A stretch of DNA of 64,000 nt, taken from positions 11,308-75,307 of the forward strand of contig JAGYII010000005.1 of NCBI GenBank assembly GCA_018402725.1, read 5' to 3'. Position 1 is the stretch's first letter, and every line of letters starts with the position of its first letter. This document shows positions 19,654 to 31,942 of the stretch, one piece after another. Source of the DNA: Candidatus Izemoplasma sp. (GTDB taxonomy: Bacteria > Bacillota_I > Bacilli_A > Izemoplasmatales > Izemoplasmataceae). The notes under the pieces were generated by a model. The model made no database searches. It saw only the letters and a program-made list of their open reading frames with translations, and was not told where the DNA came from. A program made the position numbers and the translations under genes.

Positions 19654-22600
19654 CTATAAACTCTCGAGTAGCATCATGCCTATCTCAGAGAGGGGTCTTT
19701 GGATTTCAAGGTGGGGAATGGTGAGCGTGATTTTTTTTTGGCGATAGGCCAGTTTAATCTTGGGCGAAATTTCATTCGCTCGTTCAAAAAGTTTATCCCC
19801 TTGAGCTTGATCCGATACTTTTTCTGAGAGGGTTATTGTCGTTTCTAGGGGGTTTTTTCTGAACCGCTCGACTTGATGAATCGCGGCGAGATGTTCATAC
19901 ACTTTCGAACACATATAATCATATACGTTTGGCGGCAGTTTTCCAAATCGATCTTCTAAACTTTCTTTCAACTGAATCACTTCAATCGAGGAGGTAAGCG
20001 CAATGATTTCTTTGTGGACATTGAACTTCTCATCCTCATCCGCGATGTAATCATCAGGGATCGCTTTACTGACGTTCATTTTCGCTTCTTTAGCGGCGAT
20101 GGGCGAAGCCGCCTCTGGGTGTTCGATGGCTTTGATTTCATCTTGAATCATCTGCATAAACATATCGATGCCCACTGATTGAATAAACCCAGATTGTTCA
20201 GCCCCTAAAACATCGCCTGCTCCGCGGATGGCTAAGTCTCTTGCTGCAATCTTATAACCACTACCTAGGGCTGTAAAATCTTTTATGACGTTCAGCCGTT
20301 TCGAGGCGTCCTCGGAGAGGATTTTATGCGGTTCTACCATCATATAACTATAGGCAATTCGGTCACTTCTTCCGACCCGGCCTCTAATTTGATAAAGCTG
20401 AGAAAGTCCTAAACGGTCGGCTTCATGCACAATCAAGGTATTCGTATTCGGAATATCTAATCCCGTTTCAATGATCGTGGTTGAAACTAAAACATCATAT
20501 TTTTGATCGACAAAATCTTGAATGATGCTTTCAAGCGTATTTTTATTCATTTGACCATGGGCATAGACCACCCGGGCTGATGGGACCAACTGATGGATTT
20601 CGGCAGCGACCCGGTCAATCATCTCGACCCGGTTAAATAAATAAAAGACTTGACCGTTGCGACCGAGTTCTCGTTCAATCGCGTCTTTAATCACAGTTTG
20701 GGACCGTTTTAAGACGTATGTTTGAATCGGATGTCTGTTTTTTGGAGGGGTATTTAAAATACTCATCGATTTAATCCCTGATAACCCCAGTTGTAAGGTC
20801 CTTGGGATGGGGGTGGCCGTCAAAGTAAGCACATCGATGGTGTTCCGCATCGATTGAATCTTTTCTTTGTGGCGAACCCCAAATCGCTGTTCTTCATCGA
20901 TGACTAAGAATCCTAAGTCTTTAAAGACCACGTCCTCAGATAAAATCCGGTGGGTTCCAATTAAGATATCTACCGTTCCTTTTTTTAGCTGTTCTAAGAT
21001 TTCCTTGGTTTCTTTGGTGGACGTAAAACGATTTAATAGTCTGACTTGAATACCGTGTTTATTTAGACGGTCATAAAACGTCTGATAGTGTTGTCGCGTT
21101 AAGATGGTCGTCGGGGCTAAGTAGGCGACTTGTTTACTATCTAAAACAGCTTTAAACGCTCCTCTTAAAGCGATTTCTGTTTTTCCATATCCGACATCTC
21201 CACAGATCAACCGGTCCATCGGATAAGGCGACTCCATGTCTAACTTCATCGCTTCAATCGCGTCCGCTTGATCGGGGGTTTCTTCAAAAAAGAAATCCGC
21301 TTCAATCTGGGCCATCAGTTCTGTATCTGGGCTGTACGCAAATCCAAGCGTACTTTTTCTTAGGGCGTATTGTCTTAAGAGATTAATCGCGATTTCTTTC
21401 GCTTTTTTAACGGCTCTTTGTTTGGTTTTTTGCCACTCTGAAGAGCCCAGTTTTGATAACTTAGGAATCAGACCTTCATAGACATCATATTTTTGAATGG
21501 CGTAGACGTTTTCAACGGGAATATATAACTTATCATCCCCTTGATAGGCAATCACCATGTATTCATTTTCTAGCTCTTTGAGTTTCATCGTTTGAATCCC
21601 CAAAAAGCGACCAATTCCATGGTCAAAATGAACAATGTAATCCCCGCGTTGTAAAGATTTCGCAGAATCCACAGGGCGAGTTTCTTTAAAGACGCTTTGG
21701 TATTTTGCTTTTCTTTTTTTAGTCGGTTTTAAGATATGGGCATCGTCGAGCCAAACGAGTTTAGCGTCCAACCATTCAAACGCTAAGGGAACATTAGTTT
21801 GAACGAGATTAATCCGGTTCTCAACAGGAATATCTGACGTTGAAATCCGGATTGGAAGACCCCCTTTGTCTTCTAAGATGTCTTCAAACTGATCAAGCGT
21901 CTTTTTCTCAGTGCTATAAATAACCACGGTTTGGTAGTCTTGATACTTTAAGACGTCTTTAAAAAACATATTCATGTTTTGAAGGTAATTCATGCTTTCT
22001 TTCGCTCTTAAAGTGAGGGTTGGGAGGTCTTTGAACTCATCAAAAGCGGATAAATAAAGGTTTTGAGTGTTAATCTTTTCTTTAAACCCTTTTAAGTTTA
22101 AGGCTTTAAATCCAGGTTTTCCCACCATGCTTTGGATCATGTCATTGACCATGGTTTGGACCGAGCGATCACAGGCTGATTTATTCAAATAGATGACAAA
22201 CGGATCTTCAAAATAATCCACTAAGGTTGCTGGCGTTGCATCTAAGTATGGTAAATACCGGCCAAACGTATCGGTGTCCTCGTTGATATACAGTTGGTCC
22301 ACATCGTGCATGACTTCATCTAAAGCAGTGGGGCTCAGTTTAATTTCACGGGCTTTGGCGGCCACCTGTTTTTGAATCTTATCCATCTCATCCGTCGACC
22401 AAATGAGTTCTTTAAAGGGGATCAGGGTGATTTGTTTAAGGGTTTTGATCGAGCGCTGTGTTTGCGCGTTAAAGACCCGAATCGAATCTATCTCGTCATC
22501 AAAAAAGTCAATTCTGACGGGGTGTTCATATTGGATTTGATGAATATCAATGATGGACCCACGATGTGAAAATTCACCGACTTTACTGACCGCGTGGACC

Positions 22601-23082
22601 GATTTGTAGCCTGTTAGCGCTAAATAATGAAGAAGTTTTTCTTGAGATAAAAGGTCCCCTTTTTTTAAGGGTTTGATAAACTGATTAAATTCTTTAGGGT
22701 TCATTCGGTACTGTAAGAGGGCCACGGGATGGGTAATCACCGTCTTCAATTGGGCCTGGACGATTTGTGACAAGGTGTAAATCCGTTCAATTTTTAAGGT
22801 ATCACTAAGGGCAATTTGGTCAAGTGTAATAAATTCATCTTGGGGATAAAAACCGACCGGTTCAATGAAGCTACTGAGTTTTTGATAAAGCATCTCTGCT
22901 TGAAATAGATTATGACTCACGATGACGAATGGCCGGTTTGTCATCTGCCTTATCATCCCTAAAACAAACGCAGTAAAATCGCCCTCTGGGAGAGAGATCT
23001 GATAAGGCTTTTTATTTTCTAAAGCCTTGATAAGGGGTTCAAATAGAGGCATTTCACTGTAATGCTTGAGTATTTTGTCCAT
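19654..23082 (-). CDS. mfd: Transcription-repair coupling factor.
   Basis: A 1142 aa ORF with a UvrB-homology N-region and superfamily-2 helicase motifs (GDVGYGKTE, DEEQRFG). Confidence 0.95.
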   Translation of the reverse strand: MDKILKHYSEMPLFEPLIKALENKKPYQISLPEGDFTAFVLGMIRQMTNRPFVIVSHNLFQAEMLYQKLSSFIEPVGFYPQDEFITLDQIALSDTLKIERIYTLSQIVQAQLKTVITHPVALLQYRMNPKEFNQFIKPLKKGDLLSQEKLLHYLALTGYKSVHAVSKVGEFSHRGSIIDIHQIQYEHPVRIDFFDDEIDSIRVFNAQTQRSIKTLKQITLIPFKELIWSTDEMDKIQKQVAAKAREIKLSPTALDEVMHDVDQLYINEDTDTFGRYLPYLDATPATLVDYFEDPFVIYLNKSACDRSVQTMVNDMIQSMVGKPGFKALNLKGFKEKINTQNLYLSAFDEFKDLPTLTLRAKESMNYLQNMNMFFKDVLKYQDYQTVVIYSTEKKTLDQFEDILEDKGGLPIRISTSDIPVENRINLVQTNVPLAFEWLDAKLVWLDDAHILKPTKKRKAKYQSVFKETRPVDSAKSLQRGDYIVHFDHGIGRFLGIQTMKLKELENEYMVIAYQGDDKLYIPVENVYAIQKYDVYEGLIPKLSKLGSSEWQKTKQRAVKKAKEIAINLLRQYALRKSTLGFAYSPDTELMAQIEADFFFEETPDQADAIEAMKLDMESPYPMDRLICGDVGYGKTEIALRGAFKAVLDSKQVAYLAPTTILTRQHYQTFYDRLNKHGIQVRLLNRFTSTKETKEILEQLKKGTVDILIGTHRILSEDVVFKDLGFLVIDEEQRFGVRHKEKIQSMRNTIDVLTLTATPIPRTLQLGLSGIKSMSILNTPPKNRHPIQTYVLKRSQTVIKDAIERELGRNGQVFYLFNRVEMIDRVAAEIHQLVPSARVVYAHGQMNKNTLESIIQDFVDQKYDVLVSTTIIETGLDIPNTNTLIVHEADRLGLSQLYQIRGRVGRSDRIAYSYMMVEPHKILSEDASKRLNVIKDFTALGSGYKIAARDLAIRGAGDVLGAEQSGFIQSVGIDMFMQMIQDEIKAIEHPEAASPIAAKEAKMNVSKAIPDDYIADEDEKFNVHKEIIALTSSIEVIQLKESLEDRFGKLPPNVYDYMCSKVYEHLAAIHQVERFRKNPLETTITLSEKVSDQAQGDKLFERANEISPKIKLAYRQKKITLTIPHLEIQRPLSEIGMMLLESL

Positions 23083-23105
23083 AACGTCCTAAGGCGACGC
23101 TCCCT

Positions 23106-23666
23106 TTAAAGGGGGGCGTCGCTGATTTGAAATTCATTCATGAGTACTTCTAAGCTGTGACCTTCTAAAAAGGCTTCTAGCGCAATCACTGACATGTCAA
23201 AGGCTTTTTGATATAAGGGGTGTTCGGCTTTTGGAATCGGGCCTAATACATAATGTTCGACTAACGTGCCGTCTTTTCCAATCCCAATTCGCATCCGGGG
23301 AATATTTTGGGTTTGAAAGTGTTGAAGGATGGACTGGATTCCTTTATGTCCCCCTGCTCCCCCACTTTTTCGAATTCTTAATCCCCCTGCCGGTAAATCT
23401 AAATCATCATAAATGACCAAGATATCTTCCGGTTCAATCTGGTAAAAATCAGCGGCTTTCCTGACCGCATTACCCGATAAGTTCATGAAGGTTTGAGGTT
23501 TTAAAAATAGGGTTTTCTTATATTCAAGCCAATGACTTTGAAATTTACGAGTTTTAAAGGTAAGGTCGTGTTTTTTCGCAAATTGATCTAGCACCATGAA
23601 TCCGACGTTATGTCGCGTGGTTTCATAGGTAGGTCCAGGGTTGCCTAAGCCGACAACTAATTTCAT
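23106..23666 (-). CDS. pth: Peptidyl-tRNA hydrolase.
   Basis: A 186 aa ORF with the Pth N-terminal MKLVVGLGNPG and the catalytic His region. Confidence 0.95.
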   Translation of the reverse strand: MKLVVGLGNPGPTYETTRHNVGFMVLDQFAKKHDLTFKTRKFQSHWLEYKKTLFLKPQTFMNLSGNAVRKAADFYQIEPEDILVIYDDLDLPAGGLRIRKSGGAGGHKGIQSILQHFQTQNIPRMRIGIGKDGTLVEHYVLGPIPKAEHPLYQKAFDMSVIALEAFLEGHSLEVLMNEFQISDAPL

Positions 23667-24277
23667 CCTTTGGGCTTAATCACAAGGGTCCGGTTCGGTT
23701 CTTCCCCTTCTGATGTTGTAGTAATATCACGCCACTCAGACAGTTTAGCGTGTACAATCCGGCGTTCATACGAATTTAAGTCTTTTAAGGTTGCGGCGAT
23801 TTTTGTACGAGCGACTTCTTTCGCAGTTTTTGTGGCTAGTATTTCGAGTTGGCGATTCCGGTTTTCTTTATAATCCCCAATATCTAATACCACTTTTACG
23901 TGCTCATCACTATAGGCAGACAATAAATTTCTTAAGTAGGTTTGAAAGCCTTGAAGGGTTTTTCCGCCCCGGCCAATTAAGAGGGGATTATGGGGGGAAT
24001 CGATTTTAAACTTATAGGTTCCAGTTTCGGTATCTTGTTCGGCTTGTACTTTGGATTCTATTTCTAAGTCATTCAGGGTTTCTTGTAAGAATTTGTATCC
24101 AAGATCTAACAAATTAACATTGACGGTTGCGGTAAATACCGCTGATTTTTTGAGTCCCAACATACTTTTTTTGTCTTCTTGTGAGAGGGAGATATATTGA
24201 GGATTAACTCTTAATTCAGCGGCCGCCATTTTTAAGGCTTCGGTGGAATCTTTAGCTTCAAAAGTGGTTTTTTTCAT
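23663..24277 (-). CDS. jag: Jag/KhpB-like RNA-binding protein (KH plus R3H domains).
   Basis: A 204 aa ORF sitting downstream of yidC, as in the Firmicutes origin cluster. It has a C-terminal R3H motif. Confidence 0.75.
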   Translation of the reverse strand: MKKTTFEAKDSTEALKMAAAELRVNPQYISLSQEDKKSMLGLKKSAVFTATVNVNLLDLGYKFLQETLNDLEIESKVQAEQDTETGTYKFKIDSPHNPLLIGRGGKTLQGFQTYLRNLLSAYSDEHVKVVLDIGDYKENRNRQLEILATKTAKEVARTKIAATLKDLNSYERRIVHAKLSEWRDITTTSEGEEPNRTLVIKPKG

Positions 24278-25137
24278 TAAGCAGCCTCCTTCATTTTTTC
24301 CATTTTCAAGGCGGTTTTTCTACGGTTTACATACGTTTGGAGGAATTGGAACCCATTTCCAATCACCCAGTAATAAGCAATGCCTAAGCTGGTATATGCC
24401 ACAGTCATAATCATAAACGTTAAGAAATAAGTCATGTACTTCATGGTGTTTTGGGTTTGGTTTTGAACGGCTGTTTCGTATTTTTTGTTTTTCGCAAATT
24501 CAGGTTTTTTCATTGAATAACGTTGCGAGAAAAACATCGTTAATCCGACGATAAGCGCAAACAATAAGAACGGCCAATTCGCAGCAATATTAAATCCTTC
24601 TTCTGGAATCGAAAGTAAATCTAATCCAAAAAAATTAAAGTTTAAATCCGGATTATTTACATAAGCATCGGTTAAAGGAATTCTTCTTACGGCTTGATAC
24701 ATCGCAATAAAGATAGGAAGCTGTAAGAACGGTAAGAAACATCCTAAAGGATTAATGTCATACTTCTTATAGATCTTCATTGTTTCAAGTTGCATCGCCC
24801 GTTTTGAAGCTTCATCGGTCTTACCTTGGTATTTTTCTTGAAGCTTGTTAAGTTCGGGTTGCGCAAATTGCATATTCGTACTCATCCCCGTGGTTTTTGA
24901 GTAGATGGGCCAACCTACCACCCGGATAATTAAAGTAATGAGAGATAGTCCTATGATGTAATAACCACCGATACTCAAGGCTAGAATACCTTCAGCAAGA
25001 CGTTCCACAATCCATTGGACCCAGCCCACCCCAATATCAGGTTGACCGATCGGTGCATCATATACTTCGGTACAGCCCACTAAGACGGTCATCATTAAGA
25101 CGATAACGCCGAGTGAAATCCATTTTTTCTTATTCAT
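24277..25137 (-). CDS. yidC: Membrane protein insertase YidC/SpoIIIJ (a lipoprotein).
   Basis: A 286 aa ORF with a lipobox (LVGC) and the 60 kDa inner-membrane-protein core. Its position next to rnpA supports the call. Confidence 0.9.
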   Translation of the reverse strand: MNKKKWISLGVIVLMMTVLVGCTEVYDAPIGQPDIGVGWVQWIVERLAEGILALSIGGYYIIGLSLITLIIRVVGWPIYSKTTGMSTNMQFAQPELNKLQEKYQGKTDEASKRAMQLETMKIYKKYDINPLGCFLPFLQLPIFIAMYQAVRRIPLTDAYVNNPDLNFNFFGLDLLSIPEEGFNIAANWPFLLFALIVGLTMFFSQRYSMKKPEFAKNKKYETAVQNQTQNTMKYMTYFLTFMIMTVAYTSLGIAYYWVIGNGFQFLQTYVNRRKTALKMEKMKEAA

Positions 25138-25480
25138 GTTTTTCTCCTTTGTTTAATCCGAGTTGGTGTAGACATTGATGAATATGTTTTTCTAATTCTT
25201 GAAAACTATATAAGTGGGCTGCCGGTTTGATTAAAACAAAATAATCAATCCCTGAATTTAACTCAAAAGCTCTGAGGATTTCTCGGATCCTTCGTTTGAC
25301 TTTGTTTCTTTCAACCGCGTTCCCTAATTTTTTGGGAACGCTCATCGCAATTTTAAAAATACCGGGATTTTCTTGTGGTCGCACGTAAATCGTGACCGCT
25401 CCTGATATTTTCTTTTTTTGATAATCAAGGACTTTCTTGATTTCAGCATTCTTTTTTAAACTGTGATTACGATTCATCAC
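25130..25480 (-). CDS. rnpA: RNase P protein component.
   Basis: A 116 aa basic protein immediately downstream of rpmH. Confidence 0.9.
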   Translation of the reverse strand: MMNRNHSLKKNAEIKKVLDYQKKKISGAVTIYVRPQENPGIFKIAMSVPKKLGNAVERNKVKRRIREILRAFELNSGIDYFVLIKPAAHLYSFQELEKHIHQCLHQLGLNKGEKHE

Positions 25481-25492
25481 GCCTCTATTTCT

Positions 25493-25528
25493 AAAAAAAA
25501 CACCTAAAAACGAATTCGTTTTCAGGTG
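25493..25528 (-). terminator. Hairpin plus U-run (an attenuator-type terminator) between rpmH and rnpA.
   Basis: CACCTAAAAACGAATTCGTTTTCAGGTG forms an inverted repeat, and A8 on the plus strand reads as U8 on the minus strand. Confidence 0.55.
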
Positions 25529-25548
25529 TTTACGGGTTTACAACGAGA

Positions 25549-25683
25549 TTATACGGTGAGACGTTTACGTCCTTTTTGACGACGTCTTGAGAGGACAGCT
25601 CTGCCAGTATGAGACGCCATGCGCGCTCTAAAACCATGAGTCTTAGCACGTTTCCGTTTATTCGGTTGATAAGTTCTTTTCAT
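25549..25683 (-). CDS. rpmH: 50S ribosomal protein L34.
   Basis: Not in the ORF track. My translation gives [44 protein letters not shown] (44 aa), preceded by a GGAGG RBS. Confidence 0.95.
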   Translation of the reverse strand: MKRTYQPNKRKRAKTHGFRARMASHTGRAVLSRRRQKGRKRLTV

Positions 25684-25782
25684 GGAGGCACCTCCTCTTC
25701 AACATTGTTAACTTGCTAGAAGATTATATATAATCTGTCTCTTTATGTCAACAATCATTTAAAATTCAAAATATTTTAGTTT

Positions 25783-25974
25783 TTTTCCACAATAAAATTT
25801 CGCTAATTATAGGCGTTTCCACATTTTGAATGGGGAAAAGGGGATAAGGGGATAACTCAAAATGGGTAAATGGGGAAAGCTACTTTTTTGCCTTTAACAA
25901 AGGGCTTTAGTAATTTTTTTAATGGGGATAACCCTGGTGGATTTAAAAAGTTTTCCACATTTTGTGGGGATAAA
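25783..25974. promoter_or_regulatory. oriC DnaA-box cluster upstream of dnaA.
   Basis: At least six matches to TTATCCACA in both orientations: TTTTCCACA at 25783, GTTTCCACA at 25815, CTTATCCCC/AGTTATCCC at 25840-25856, TTATCCCCA at 25923, TTTTCCACA at 25951 and TTATCCCCACA at 25964. Confidence 0.8.
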
Positions 25975-26037
25975 AAAACGTTTAACTCCCAAAAAAGTTG
26001 TGATAGACTTATTTCACTTAAGGTCAAGGAGGTCACG

Positions 26038-27402
26038 ATGGAATCAACTCATATGTGGAGTGAGATTAAAACTCAACTCGAACACGAAATTGAACCCGAT
26101 ACCTATCAAGAAATCTTTTCATCCATTGATTCTATCTATGAAGTTAAAAATAACTTTATCTATTTAATTGTGGCCAATGACTTTATTAAGCGTCGTGTTG
26201 AAATGCTTTATTTAAAAAAGATGAATCGACTCCTTGAAACATATGTCGAAGAAAAACATGAATTTCGTTTGATCACTGAAACCCAAGTCAATGAAAAGAT
26301 GAAGGCGAAGTTTGAATATGATGAAGGCGAAATTGATTCAGAAGAAGGCTACCAATCAAACTTAATCACCTCTTATACCTTTGATAACTTCGTGATTGGA
26401 AATTCAAACCGACTCTCTTATACCAGCGCTTTAAAAGTAGCCGATCAACCCGGAATTGTTGCAAACCCTCTATATATTTTTGGGGATGTGGGTCTTGGCA
26501 AAACGCATTTAATGCATGCCATTGGTAATTATATCTTAGAAGGAAACATTCACTCGAAAGTTTTATATTTAAAAGCGGATCAATTTGTTGAAGATTATGT
26601 CCGGCACGCAAACCGTAAAAAATATGTCGAATTTACGCATTTATACGCCAACATTGATGTTTTACTCGTCGATGACATCCAATTCTTATCTAAAAAAGAA
26701 AAATCGCAGGAAGAATTTTTTAAACTTTTTGAAAAACTTTATCAACAACAAAAACAAATTGTTATCTCCTCAGACCGAAAAGCCACGGATTTAAAAGATA
26801 TCATGGCGCGTTTAACTTCCCGGTTTGCTTGGGGAGTCAACGTTGATATCAACCGCCCAGAACTCGACCACCGAATTAAAATCCTTGAAAAGAAACTGAA
26901 TGCCGAAACCAGTGATCAAGATTTAGTTCCTAAAAAGGTTTTAGAGTACATTGCTTCCGTCTTTGATAACAACGTCAGGGAACTTGAAGGGGCCTTAAAA
27001 AGAGTTTTATTTTATTGCACGGCATTTAACCTTGAATTTACGATTAAAAATGCTGAAATGGCCCTTGAAAATCTGGTTAGACCGAAGGCAAACCATCGGG
27101 ATTTCATGAAAGATAAAATTAACCGAGTCATGAGTGTAGTCGCGGAATACTATAAGATTTCAGTGAGCGATTTGATTAGTAAAAAAAGAACCCGCAACTA
27201 TTTATATCCACGCCAAATGGCTATGTACTTAGTCAAACACTTATATGATGTTCCTTTTAAGCGGATCGGTGATTATTTTAACGGCCGCGATCATTCTACA
27301 GTCATGCACTCCGTTGAAAAAATTTATAACGACCAAACCATCGATTCAAACGTTAAAATTGATGTGGAAAAACTCTCTATAAAATGTGGAGAAAGTGATT
27401 AA
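26038..27402 (+). CDS. dnaA: Chromosomal replication initiator DnaA.
   Basis: AAA+ motifs (GDVGLGKTHL, VDDIQF) and a C-terminal DNA-binding domain. The start is placed at ATG 26038 behind an AAGGAGG RBS. The ORF track's 25870 start would run through the DnaA boxes. Confidence 0.95.
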   Translation: MESTHMWSEIKTQLEHEIEPDTYQEIFSSIDSIYEVKNNFIYLIVANDFIKRRVEMLYLKKMNRLLETYVEEKHEFRLITETQVNEKMKAKFEYDEGEIDSEEGYQSNLITSYTFDNFVIGNSNRLSYTSALKVADQPGIVANPLYIFGDVGLGKTHLMHAIGNYILEGNIHSKVLYLKADQFVEDYVRHANRKKYVEFTHLYANIDVLLVDDIQFLSKKEKSQEEFFKLFEKLYQQQKQIVISSDRKATDLKDIMARLTSRFAWGVNVDINRPELDHRIKILEKKLNAETSDQDLVPKKVLEYIASVFDNNVRELEGALKRVLFYCTAFNLEFTIKNAEMALENLVRPKANHRDFMKDKINRVMSVVAEYYKISVSDLISKKRTRNYLYPRQMAMYLVKHLYDVPFKRIGDYFNGRDHSTVMHSVEKIYNDQTIDSNVKIDVEKLSIKCGESD

Positions 27403-27522
27403 TTAACTCCTAGTTATATCGCGCTAACATGGTATAATATTAAAGGTTAATAAGGGTTATAAACATTTCCACAACCCCTAACAATAACAAGTATTAAATA
27501 AAAAGATTATAGAGGTGACATC
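27403..27522. promoter_or_regulatory. dnaA-dnaN intergenic origin segment: one DnaA box (TTTCCACAA at 27465) plus an AT-rich putative unwinding element.
   Basis: The box sits next to a run that is more than 75% AT. This spacer is where the DUE lies in Firmicutes. Confidence 0.55.
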
Positions 27523-28647
27523 ATGCAGTTTCAAATGAATAAAGACAAGTTACTCTATCATTTAGTCATTGCTCAAAAAGCCTTATCGAATAAAACTCCA
27601 AATCCAGCCTTAACAGGAATTAAAGTAGATGTCTTTAAAGATCGAATTTTATTAACAACCAGTAATGGTGAAATATCAATCTTAAAAACCATTACCGATC
27701 CTTCCTTACAAGTTGAAAAAGAAGGAACTGTTTTAATACCAGGTCGCTACTTCGTTGAAATCATTAGGAAGCTAGATGGTCAAAACGTTTTATTATCGGC
27801 CCACGAAAACAATTTATTAAAAATTGAAGCGGATCATTCAGACATTACGTTAAATTTATTGGATGTTGAAGATTATCCAAAATTATTATTTAAAGAGAGC
27901 GCCGAAAGCGTTAAAGTTAATGTTCGTGTTTTTAAAACCTTGATTCGCCAAACGGCTTTTGCAGCGAGTGGCGTTGAAAATCGTCCGATTTTAACCGGGG
28001 TTTACTTCAAACTTGACGGTAACCAATTAACTGGAATTGCCACCGATAGTTACCGCTTAGCTAAAAAATCGATTGAGCTTGATCAAATTTATGCCCCGAT
28101 GGATGTTATTATTCCCTCAAAATCCGTCGAAGAGCTTGGCCGAATTTTAGAAGATAATCAAAAAAGTGTTGAACTCCATTTTAGTCCTTCAAGCATTTTA
28201 TTTAAATATGACGATACCTTACTCTTATCTCGCTTATTAGAAGGAAATTATCCAGAAACATCGAAATTAATTCCCTTAGAATTTCCCCATGAAGTGACGT
28301 TCAATAAAGAACAACTTCTGATTGCCATCGAGCGGGCCAGTCTTCTTTCGAGTAGAGATGGTCAAAACGCCATCGTTAAACTTGAAATCAGAAATGATGA
28401 TGCGGTTGAAATTTCTTCATCATCCCCTGAAATTGGCCGGGTCTTAGAGGAAATTCAACCCGTTGCTGAAGTGAAGGGTAATCCTTTAAAAATAGCGTTC
28501 AGTTCTAAATTTTTATTAGACGCCCTCAAAGCCTTCAATTCTTCGGAAATTAAGGTTGGATTTACCGGTGAAATACGCCCCTTTGTGATGACGGGCGAGT
28601 ACGATCCAGACATGCTTCAATTAATTCTTCCCGTTAAAACAGATTAA
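27523..28647 (+). CDS. dnaN: DNA polymerase III beta sliding clamp.
   Basis: A 374 aa ORF at the conserved position. A hairpin plus T7 terminator follows at 28648-28671. Confidence 0.95.
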   Translation: MQFQMNKDKLLYHLVIAQKALSNKTPNPALTGIKVDVFKDRILLTTSNGEISILKTITDPSLQVEKEGTVLIPGRYFVEIIRKLDGQNVLLSAHENNLLKIEADHSDITLNLLDVEDYPKLLFKESAESVKVNVRVFKTLIRQTAFAASGVENRPILTGVYFKLDGNQLTGIATDSYRLAKKSIELDQIYAPMDVIIPSKSVEELGRILEDNQKSVELHFSPSSILFKYDDTLLLSRLLEGNYPETSKLIPLEFPHEVTFNKEQLLIAIERASLLSSRDGQNAIVKLEIRNDDAVEISSSSPEIGRVLEEIQPVAEVKGNPLKIAFSSKFLLDALKAFNSSEIKVGFTGEIRPFVMTGEYDPDMLQLILPVKTD

Positions 28648-28742
28648 GGCCTAGAAATAGGCCTTTTTTTATGCCATAAAAGTTTGCACAAACCCTCTAA
28701 TTTTGATATAATTTGCCTATATATAATATAGAAAGGCTCCCT

Positions 28743-28950
28743 ATGCAGACTGTGGTAATAACGACCCCTTATATCACCTTAGGACAACTTTTAAAATTTG
28801 TTGGGGTAGCCGCGACGGGCGGGGATATAAAAGAGCTCTTAAGGTCGCTTAAAATAACCGTCAACCAAGAACGAGATGAACGCCGAGGCAAAAAATGTTA
28901 CCCCGGTGATATTGTTGATGTCCCTAACTATGGGACATGGAGAATCACCC

Positions 28951-28961
<11 letters not shown>
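28743..28961 (+). CDS. yaaA: S4-domain RNA-binding protein YaaA.
   Basis: About 72 aa with an S4 fold, in the conserved dnaN-yaaA-recF position. The start was moved to the internal ATG 28743. Confidence 0.7.
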
Positions 28962-31934
<2,973 letters not shown>

Positions 31935-31942
31935 GAGAAAAC

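Noticed and set aside
25870-26037. An N-terminal extension of dnaA, since the ORF track starts at 25870.
   Set aside because: The extension would translate through the DnaA-box cluster and has no RBS. The ATG at 26038 has a perfect AAGGAGG RBS and yields the conserved DnaA N-terminus.
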